A stretch of 64,000 nucleotides of DNA from Candidatus Micrarchaeota archaeon (lineage in GTDB: Archaea > B1Sed10-29 > JAJRYS01), in NCBI GenBank assembly GCA_964496415.1, contig CAZBZN010000001.1, positions 9,819 through 73,818 of the forward strand, in the 5' to 3' direction. Position 1 is the stretch's first letter; each line of letters starts with the position of its first letter. Of the stretch, positions 57,359 to 64,000 are shown in pieces. The notes under the pieces are model-generated. The model was given only the letters and a program-made list of their open reading frames with translations, did no database searches and was not told the origin of the DNA. Both the position numbers and the translations under genes were made by a program.

Positions 57359-59884
57359 TTAGATTTTTTGAGGATTAAAGCAATCATCCCCATAAGTGAA
57401 CTGTACTATTGAGTCAGTAGCATCTCTTACTGTTCCATCATTTTCTATGGTGACGTCTATTAAAGCGTTGATTAATCTTCTTTGCATGTATCCTGATACT
57501 GAAGTATTAATTCCCTTGTCTATCAGAGTGTCTCTTCCACTCATTGCATGTAAAAAGAATTCAGTTGGAGTAAGGCCTTCAATAAATGAACTTCTTACAA
57601 AGCCTCTTGCTTTTGCTCCAATATCTCCTTCTTTAAAGTGAGGTAAGGTTTTATTTCTGTATCCTCTTGTAATCCTTTTTCCTCTCACACTTGTCTGACC
57701 AATACAACCAGTCATCTGTACTACGTTTAGAATATTTCCTCTTGAACCAATCCTACTCATTATTACTGCTGGGTTGTTTTTACCAAGGTCTCTTTCAACA
57801 ATTATTGCTACTTCTTTTCTTGCTTTTTCAAGAATCATCATCGCGTGGTCTTCAAGGGTCTGTTCAAGGGTCTTTCCAGGAGTCTTTTCAAGCTGGCCTT
57901 TTTTGTATTTTTCGATTAATTCCTCTACTTCTTTTTCAGCTCTTGTAAGAGCAAGTGAAGCTTTTCTTAATGCTTCTGAAGACAGCTCATAATCACTTAC
58001 TCCAATAGTATATCCTTTAAGCATTATTGCGTATAATGCTAGTTTTGTCATTTTGTCAATGTAATCTCTTGTTGCTTCTGGCCCGAATTGTAAGAAGATT
58101 TGTTTGACTAAATCTTTTGAAGTAGCTACTGCGTCCATTGCTCCGCAGATTATTTTTCCATCAACTATTTTCACATAGGCGTCAAATTCGCATTTTTCTT
58201 TGTCACATGTTCCGCAGTTTCTACAGAGTTTTGACTTGTATTCTGCATTAAGTCCTTTTGGCAGGATCATTGAGAAAATGTCCTTTCCTAAGTATTTTCC
58301 TTTCTTTTCTTCAGGCAGTTCATGGATTCCTACTTGTGCTAAAAGCCATAATGCTTCTTCTTTAGTGAATGAAGTGTTAAAAGCAGTTAGTAAGTATGAT
58401 CCTGTCACGTGGTCATGATTTCCTCCTATTAATGGATTGCCATGTCTTATGGAAACTATGTGCTTTTCTACTGCCATTAGTTCTTTTGCTTCTGTTATTG
58501 CCTCTTCAGTTTGTGGAATGTGGAGGTTCATTTCGTCTCCATCGTAGTCAGCGTTGTATGGGGTTGAGACAGCATCATTCATTCTAAAGGTTTTTCCAGG
58601 AAGTACTTTTACTTCATGAGCCATCATTGAAACCCTATGAAGTGATGGCTGTCTGTTGAAGATAGCAATGTCTCCATCAATTAATTGTCTTTCAACCACG
58701 TATCCTGGTTGAAGTTCTTCTGCTATTTCCTCAGCATTAAGTTCAGTTACTTTCTTTCTTCTACCATCAGGTCTTATTACATAATTTGCTTTTGGGTATG
58801 AGGTTCTTTTTACTAATTTTTTCATCTCTTTTAAGTTTGTTTCTGTTACTGTTACTGGAACAGTTAGTTCTTCTGCTATTTCCTGAGGAACACCCACTTC
58901 TTTAATTGATAATGCTGGGTCAGGGGATATTACTGTTCTTGCTGAGAAGTTAACCCTCTTACCTGACAGGTTGTACCTGAACCTTCCTTCTTTTCCTTTA
59001 AGCCTTTGGAATAATGTTTTTAAAGCTCTTCCTGACCTGTGTTTTGCAGGAGGTATTCCTGATACTTCATTGTTAAAGTAAGTAGTTACGTGGTATTGCA
59101 GTAAGTCCCATAAGTCTTCTATTATTAGTTGAGGAGCTCCTGCTGAAATGTTGTCTGCTAACCTTTGATTTATCCTAATAATGTCCACGAGTTTATGAGT
59201 AAGGTCATCTTCACTTCTTTCTCCTGTTTCAAGAGTAATAGATGGTCTTGCAGTTACTGGAGGAACTGGCAAGACCGTTAGTACAGCCCATTCAGGTCTT
59301 GCTACCGTTGGTTTTATTCCAAGAAGCTCTAAGTCTTTGTCAGGAATTCTTTCAAGCCTTTCTCTTATTTCTGATGGAAGGAGTCTTACATCATCTTCGT
59401 AAAAAGTAGTTGGTTTTAGTAATTTTATTTTACCTTGTTTTGCACCGCAATGAGGGCATTTGCTTGCTTTTTTAGCTTTTTCAATCAAGTCAAGAGTTTT
59501 TGTTTCCTCTTCTTCTTTTTCTTCTTTAAGCATTAATTCTCTTAGGGTTTCAAGTTCTTCAGGGCTTGCTAAGATCCTCCCACATTTGCTGCAGGTTGCT
59601 TTTAGTAAGGTAAGGATCATTTTGACGTAACCAACATGAATGACTGGTCTTACTAGTTCTATTGAACCAAAATGCCCTGGACAGGAGTTCATTTTTCCTC
59701 CGCAGGTTTTACATCTTAGTCCAGGGTCTATTACTCCCATTCTTAGGTCCATTAATCCGCCTTCTATTGGATAACCATCATCACTATAAGTGTCAGGAGT
59801 AACTACTCTTACTGCAGACATTTTCCTAATTGTTTCAGGGCTAAGTAACCCGAATTCTATTGACTTAATTGTTTTTCCTATCAC
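57359..59884 (-). CDS. rpoA1: DNA-directed RNA polymerase subunit A'
   Basis: Zn motifs CKTCGGKMNSCPGHFG. NADFDGDEMN active site. Confidence 0.95.
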   Translation of the reverse strand: MIGKTIKSIEFGLLSPETIRKMSAVRVVTPDTYSDDGYPIEGGLMDLRMGVIDPGLRCKTCGGKMNSCPGHFGSIELVRPVIHVGYVKMILTLLKATCSKCGRILASPEELETLRELMLKEEKEEEETKTLDLIEKAKKASKCPHCGAKQGKIKLLKPTTFYEDDVRLLPSEIRERLERIPDKDLELLGIKPTVARPEWAVLTVLPVPPVTARPSITLETGERSEDDLTHKLVDIIRINQRLADNISAGAPQLIIEDLWDLLQYHVTTYFNNEVSGIPPAKHRSGRALKTLFQRLKGKEGRFRYNLSGKRVNFSARTVISPDPALSIKEVGVPQEIAEELTVPVTVTETNLKEMKKLVKRTSYPKANYVIRPDGRRKKVTELNAEEIAEELQPGYVVERQLIDGDIAIFNRQPSLHRVSMMAHEVKVLPGKTFRMNDAVSTPYNADYDGDEMNLHIPQTEEAITEAKELMAVEKHIVSIRHGNPLIGGNHDHVTGSYLLTAFNTSFTKEEALWLLAQVGIHELPEEKKGKYLGKDIFSMILPKGLNAEYKSKLCRNCGTCDKEKCEFDAYVKIVDGKIICGAMDAVATSKDLVKQIFLQFGPEATRDYIDKMTKLALYAIMLKGYTIGVSDYELSSEALRKASLALTRAEKEVEELIEKYKKGQLEKTPGKTLEQTLEDHAMMILEKARKEVAIIVERDLGKNNPAVIMSRIGSRGNILNVVQMTGCIGQTSVRGKRITRGYRNKTLPHFKEGDIGAKARGFVRSSFIEGLTPTEFFLHAMSGRDTLIDKGINTSVSGYMQRRLINALIDVTIENDGTVRDATDSIVQFTYGDDCFNPQKI

Positions 59885-59894
59885 TATCCCACCT

Positions 59895-61712
59895 TCAAGC
59901 TTTATCTTCTATCTTTAGTTTAGGATACACGCACATTGCTTTTATTTCGTTAAGCAGTAGTTTGAAAGCGTAACTCATCTCAATTTCATGCACGTCAGTG
60001 CTTCCGCATACTTTGCAATACCTCTTTTTACGGATTTTATCATCAATGGCTATCATTCCACAGTTGTTGCATACTAATTCTACTACTTTGTCTGATTCTT
60101 CTAACAGCCTTTCAAGCAAAAGCATTGAAGTACCATGTCCTATTAAGCAGTCTCTTTCCATTTCTCCAAACCTCAATCCTCCTTCTCTAGCTCTTCCTTC
60201 AGTTGGCTGTCTTGTGAGTATTTGCACTGGCCCTCTTGCTCTTGCATGAATCTTGTTAGCTACCAAGTGTTTTAGTTTTTGATAGTATACTATTCCAACA
60301 AATATCTCTGCTTCCATTTTTCTTCCAGTGATTCCATCATAAAGAATTTCTTTTCCAGTTGACTTGAAACCATAACTTTCAAGCACTTTTCTTAACTCTT
60401 GTTCTTTGTCCCCGTCAAACGCAGTTGCGTTTATGAATTCTCCTTTTAATGCTCCTGCTTTTGCTCCTAAGCATTCAAGAATATACCCTGCAGTCATCCT
60501 GGAAGGAATAGCATGAGGATTCATGCACATGTCAGGAATTATGCCGCTTTCAGTGAAAGGCATGTCTTCATTTCTAACTATTAATCCAACTACTCCTTTT
60601 TGCCCGTGTCTTGCAGCGAACTTATCTCCAATTTCAGGAATCATGGTGTCTCTTACTTTTACTTTGACAAGCCTGTTACCGCCAACAGTTTCAGTTATTA
60701 TTACTGTGTCAACAAATCCTTTTTCCCCTTCCTTCACAGGCAAAGAGTTTTCTCTTCTTTTTTCTTCCATTACTCCTATCTCAGATATTTCTTCTAAGAA
60801 TCTTGGAGGAGAGGTTTTTCCAACAAGCACGTCCCCGCCTTTTACTTTAACTTCTGGTTCAATTATTCCATCTTCATCAAGGTATTTATAAGCTTCTTCG
60901 CCGCGGTAGCCTATTATTTCAGGAGGAACCTGCCCAATCTTGTCTTTTTGACCTCCAGGGTATTTTCTTTCTTCAGTTGAGTAGGACCTGTAGAAAGTGC
61001 TTCTTCCAAGTCCTCTGTCAATGCTTGCTTTGTTTAACACTATTGCATCATTGATGTTATAACCATAATAAGGAACTACTGCTATTACAAAGTTCTGTCC
61101 TGCTGCTCTTTCATCAAGTCCTATTATCTTGTTGTATCCTGTTTTTGCGATTGGTACTTGAGGATAAAATAGTAAATGGCTTTGAGTATCTGTTCTTAAT
61201 AAGAAGTTTGAAGAGTACAAGCCAAGTGCTTGCTTAAGCATTTGTGAACTCATTGTTACTCTTGGAGCTGAGTTGTATTCAGGGAACGGTGAAACTGAAG
61301 CAACTATTCCAAGAATAAGGGATGGGTGTAATTCTAAGTGAGTATGCTCAGGAGTCAGGTCTTCTTCTTTCACAGCAATGTAAGCGTTTTCTTCTTCTTC
61401 AGCATCAAGGAACTCTATTATTCCATTCTTTACTAAGTCAGAGAAGCTCATTTTTCCTTCTTTAATCATCTTTAAATGTTCTTTTGTTAGCTTGCTCTTC
61501 CCGTTTTCGACAACTATTAAGGGCCTTAATGCTCTTCCCTCATCTGCATTAATATACACCTCATTCATGTCTTTGTAATACCCGACAGTTAATTCTACTG
61601 GAAGCTCTCCTCTTCTTCTTTTTTCTTTAATCATTTGGATTAATTCTTCTGGTTTTTCATGGAATCCTATCAAGCTTCCATTCAAGTAAACACTTGCCAT
61701 TTTTTCAGTCAT
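59895..61712 (-). CDS. rpoB1: DNA-directed RNA polymerase subunit B' (C-terminal half of split RpoB)
   Basis: GQKGVVGLIV and GEMERDCLIGHG motifs. C-terminal Zn ribbon CNNCG...CKVCG. Confidence 0.95.
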   Translation of the reverse strand: MTEKMASVYLNGSLIGFHEKPEELIQMIKEKRRRGELPVELTVGYYKDMNEVYINADEGRALRPLIVVENGKSKLTKEHLKMIKEGKMSFSDLVKNGIIEFLDAEEEENAYIAVKEEDLTPEHTHLELHPSLILGIVASVSPFPEYNSAPRVTMSSQMLKQALGLYSSNFLLRTDTQSHLLFYPQVPIAKTGYNKIIGLDERAAGQNFVIAVVPYYGYNINDAIVLNKASIDRGLGRSTFYRSYSTEERKYPGGQKDKIGQVPPEIIGYRGEEAYKYLDEDGIIEPEVKVKGGDVLVGKTSPPRFLEEISEIGVMEEKRRENSLPVKEGEKGFVDTVIITETVGGNRLVKVKVRDTMIPEIGDKFAARHGQKGVVGLIVRNEDMPFTESGIIPDMCMNPHAIPSRMTAGYILECLGAKAGALKGEFINATAFDGDKEQELRKVLESYGFKSTGKEILYDGITGRKMEAEIFVGIVYYQKLKHLVANKIHARARGPVQILTRQPTEGRAREGGLRFGEMERDCLIGHGTSMLLLERLLEESDKVVELVCNNCGMIAIDDKIRKKRYCKVCGSTDVHEIEMSYAFKLLLNEIKAMCVYPKLKIEDKA

Positions 61713-61717
61713 TTCAA

Positions 61718-63196
61718 TCAGTCCTTTATCATTTTTACGCCAAGCTTTTCAAGCTCTGGTTCAAGCCCTTCAATCTCATGAGAGGAAATAACACACCCTA
61801 TTGCAAGGTTTTTAACTAATCCTACTCTTTGCCCTTCAGGAGTTTCATGAGTGCATATTTTTCCAAAGTGAGTTGGGTGGAGGTCTCTTGCTTCAAAGTG
61901 CTGTTGAGTTTTCATTAAAGGTGAGTTAACTCTTCTTAAGTGAGACAAAGTAGCCATGTAACATAGCCTGTCAAGCAATTGAGATACTCCTGTTCTTCTT
62001 CCACCAAGCCACATTCCAGTGCCCATTGCAAACATTATCCTATCAGTTAATGCATCTGGTCTTACTAAAGTTTTTACTTGCATTTTTCTCCCACGAGTAG
62101 CTGCCCTGTCAATCTGGTATTTTAAGTCTTTTATGAAGTGACCTAAAGCATACCTAAAGAGTTCTTCCATTAGCACTCCTGAAATTCTAAGCCTTTTGTT
62201 AGCATAATGGTCTCTGTCATCTTCTTCTCTTTTACCATAAGCTACTTCAATCATTCTTTCAATCATTCTCGCAATGTAATGAGCTTTCTTAAGCCTGTCC
62301 TCAGGCTTTACTCCAACATGAGGAAGTAAATAGTTGTCAAGAATGTAAGCTGCTCTGTTTTTTCTAAATTCTTCTGACTGTCCTGCAGCTACTCTTTTTC
62401 CAAGGTAATCTAAAGCTTCATCCATGTTTTTAGGTTCTATTGCTTCAAGGTTAAGAAGCACGTCATTAATGACTTCAAGCTTATCTGAAAAAGCATTAAG
62501 TATTTTATTTTTTGATTCAAGACCAAGAGCCCTCATTATTATGAAAGCATTAATGTTATTCGGTGATGATGGAAATGAAATGTAGAAAATGCCATCAGGT
62601 CTTCTTTCAACAGAAACCTTGGCTCTAAAACCTTTCCTTACAGAGAACAAGCTAGCAGTAATTACTTCTCTTCCACTCACAGTATCTTTTGATACTATTA
62701 CCCTATTAGGTGCTAAGTCTTCAATTGTCACAAGAACCCTTTCAGAACCAGACACTATAAAGTATCCTCCAGGATCGTTTGGGTCTTCTCCTTTTTCAAT
62801 TAATTCTTCTTTTGAAAGGCCTTTCAAATAACACAAGTCTGATTTAAGCATTACAGGAAGTTCTCCTATGTACACTTCTGCTTTGTCCTTTTCAGCTCCT
62901 TCTTCAAGAATACTGATATTAGCATAAATAGAAGCAGAATAAGTCCTGTCTCTTATTCTTGCCTCTATTGGAAGCAAAGGTTTTCTACTTCCATCAGCCT
63001 CTACTACCACAGGCTTTTCAAGCCTAATGCTGTTGAACCTTATAGTGTACTTGCTTAAGCTTGCAGCTTCACTTTCATTCACTTCTTGAATTATTTCATA
63101 AATCTTCTTGTTAACAAATTCATTGTAAGAATCTAAATGCTGTTTTACAGGAGAGTTTTCTTTAAACATTGCTTCAACTAACTCCCAGTGATACAT
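61718..63196 (-). CDS. rpoB2: DNA-directed RNA polymerase subunit B'' (N-terminal half of split RpoB)
   Basis: N-terminal lobe and protrusion domains of Rpb2. Adjacent to B'. Confidence 0.95.
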   Translation of the reverse strand: MYHWELVEAMFKENSPVKQHLDSYNEFVNKKIYEIIQEVNESEAASLSKYTIRFNSIRLEKPVVVEADGSRKPLLPIEARIRDRTYSASIYANISILEEGAEKDKAEVYIGELPVMLKSDLCYLKGLSKEELIEKGEDPNDPGGYFIVSGSERVLVTIEDLAPNRVIVSKDTVSGREVITASLFSVRKGFRAKVSVERRPDGIFYISFPSSPNNINAFIIMRALGLESKNKILNAFSDKLEVINDVLLNLEAIEPKNMDEALDYLGKRVAAGQSEEFRKNRAAYILDNYLLPHVGVKPEDRLKKAHYIARMIERMIEVAYGKREEDDRDHYANKRLRISGVLMEELFRYALGHFIKDLKYQIDRAATRGRKMQVKTLVRPDALTDRIMFAMGTGMWLGGRRTGVSQLLDRLCYMATLSHLRRVNSPLMKTQQHFEARDLHPTHFGKICTHETPEGQRVGLVKNLAIGCVISSHEIEGLEPELEKLGVKMIKD

Positions 63197-63197
63197 T

Positions 63198-63446
63198 TCA
63201 CACCACTACTCTATAGTAATAAGATTCTCCTATGAAAGGGCTTTTGCGTTTTATTCTTATTATGTCTCCTTTTTTTGCATTAATTGCTTTCACTACAGGA
63301 TCCTTTTCACTTATCTTAGGAAGCTGTTCTTTCTTTACTCCGAACTTTTTAAGAATAAGCTGTGCTTCTTCTTTGCCAAGTACTTCGTGTACTGGCACTA
63401 ACTCGTGGTTTAAGATTATCTCTTTGTTCAAGAGGTATGCCTCCAA
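63198..63446 (-). CDS. rpoH: DNA-directed RNA polymerase subunit H (Rpb5)
   Basis: 82 aa. HELVPVHEVL...GDIIRIKRKSPFIGESYYYRVVV. A TATA-like tatttatatga sits about 40 nt upstream. Confidence 0.85.
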   Translation of the reverse strand: MEAYLLNKEIILNHELVPVHEVLGKEEAQLILKKFGVKKEQLPKISEKDPVVKAINAKKGDIIRIKRKSPFIGESYYYRVVV

Positions 63447-63511
63447 AAACAGCTAAAATAAGCTAAGTGAAGATTACGCATTTTCTCATATAAATACTTA
63501 ACTGTTTGAAG

Positions 63512-63639
63512 CGCCCCAGCCGGGATTTGAACCCGGGTCTCGGCCTCGACAGGGCCGAATCCTAGACCAATCTTCCACCTTTCTCAAGTTTTCTTTGGTG
63601 CAGCTTTCTTCTTAAGAAAGGTGCCTAGACTACCGGGGC
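63512..63639 (-). tRNA. tRNA-Asp(GTC) with ~55-nt AT-rich intron in the D-arm
   Basis: Minus strand. Acceptor GCCCCGG/CTGGGGC with G73. Anticodon arm CGGCC-CTGTCGA-GGCCG. T-arm CCGGG-TTCAAAT-CCCGG. The D region is interrupted by gcacctttcttaagaagaaagctgcaccaaagaaaacttgagaaaggtggaagattg, flanked by GTCTAG direct repeats. Confidence 0.65.
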
Positions 63640-63689
63640 AAGCTTCAAAAAGCTTGCATTTACAGGACTTCGGTCCTAACGGACCTCAA
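63638..63689. repeat. E element (direct copy), a hairpin-rich module at the tRNA-Asp 5' flank
   Basis: gcaagcttcaaaaagcttgc plus aggacttcggtcct, with an alternative pairing ggtcctaacggacc. It is the reverse complement of 30227-30275. Confidence 0.5.
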
Positions 63690-63718
63690 TCCAGTATCCG
63701 TGAGCCGTATGAGGCTCT

Positions 63719-63757
63719 AGGGGATTGAGAACCACGTTAGTGGTTCGAACATCCCCT
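63719..63757. repeat. HP element copy D
   Basis: aggggattgagaaccacgttagtggttcgaacatcccct, 3' of tRNA-Leu(TAA) after two GC hairpins. Confidence 0.6.
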
Positions 63758-63801
63758 GTCTGCCAGCTGCACGCAGCTGTCCGCAAGCCGCGCGCGGCTT
63801 A

Positions 63802-63886
63802 TGCAGGGGAAGGGATTTGAACCCTCGTAGGCACTAAGCCACAGGATCTTAAGTCCTGCCCGTTTTCCAGGCTCCGGCACCCCTGC
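63802..63886 (-). tRNA. tRNA-Leu(TAA), intron-less
   Basis: Minus strand: GCAGGGG-TG-CCGG-AGCCTGGAAAA-ACGG-G-CAGGA-CTTAAGA-TCCTG-TGGCTTAGTGCCTAC-GAGGG-TTCAAAT-CCCTT-CCCCTGC-A. Class II cloverleaf. Confidence 0.8.
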
Positions 63887-63946
63887 GTAGTTTTCATAGC
63901 ATAGGGGTGCCGGGAGAGCTATGCTTGCCCGAGCACCCCTTTGAAG

Positions 63947-64000
63947 TCCCGCCGGGGAGATTCGAACTCCCGATCCCCCGGTGACAGCACCCTTTTGCTG
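63947..64000 (-). tRNA. partial tRNA-like 3' portion truncated by window edge
   Basis: Minus strand ...GGGAG-TTCGAAT-CTCCC-CGGCGGG-A. The 5' part lies beyond 64000, so identity is unresolved. Confidence 0.35.

Overview
This window is an AT-rich (~30% GC) archaeal chromosome segment, read almost entirely on the minus strand. It is a dense translation and transcription cluster of the kind conserved across Archaea. From high to low coordinates the order runs rpoH-rpoB''-rpoB'-rpoA'-rpoA''-L30e-nusA-S12-S7-EF2-EF1a-S10, then archease-rtcB, then plus-strand iorAB. It continues with the L3-L4-L23-L2-S19-L22-S3-L29-SUI1-Rpp29-S17-L14-L24-S4e-L5-S14-S8-L6-L32e-L19e-L18-S5-L30-L15-secY-DUF106-L34e-cmk-L14e-cbf5 block and the S13-S4-S11-rpoD and L18e-L13-S9-rpoN-eno-S2 blocks. 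Further downstream are memo, a short GluRS-like gene, L7Ae-S28e-L24e-adk-aIF5B-S6e-eIF2gamma-PIN-ppa-rpoE-spt4-S24e-S27ae, a CPBP protease, kae1 and bud32, S15-S3Ae, DUF92, carS, a KaiC-like ATPase, secFD, trmI, arcTGT, a NOG1-like GTPase and tyrS. rpoB is split into B'' and B', which is typical of euryarchaeal or DPANN-like lineages. I found no CRISPR array, no defence island and no mobile element, so the claim of an exciting new system is not supported by a protein-coding locus in this window. The unexplained signal is mostly RNA. Three GC-rich intron-containing tRNA genes carry introns at non-canonical positions in the D-arm or anticodon stem. A roughly 39-nt hairpin element recurs four times 3' of tRNA genes and in r-protein operon leaders, with compensatory base changes. 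A second hairpin module occurs in inverted copies. Other notable points are a GluRS-like protein with no anticodon-binding domain and an N-terminal helical extension, ribosomal protein S3 fused to a C2H2 zinc finger, an S27ae gene interrupted by a frameshift in an A6 homopolymer, and a TPD/PD-(D/E)xK nuclease-like gene plus a small membrane-protein gene sitting between kae1 and bud32.
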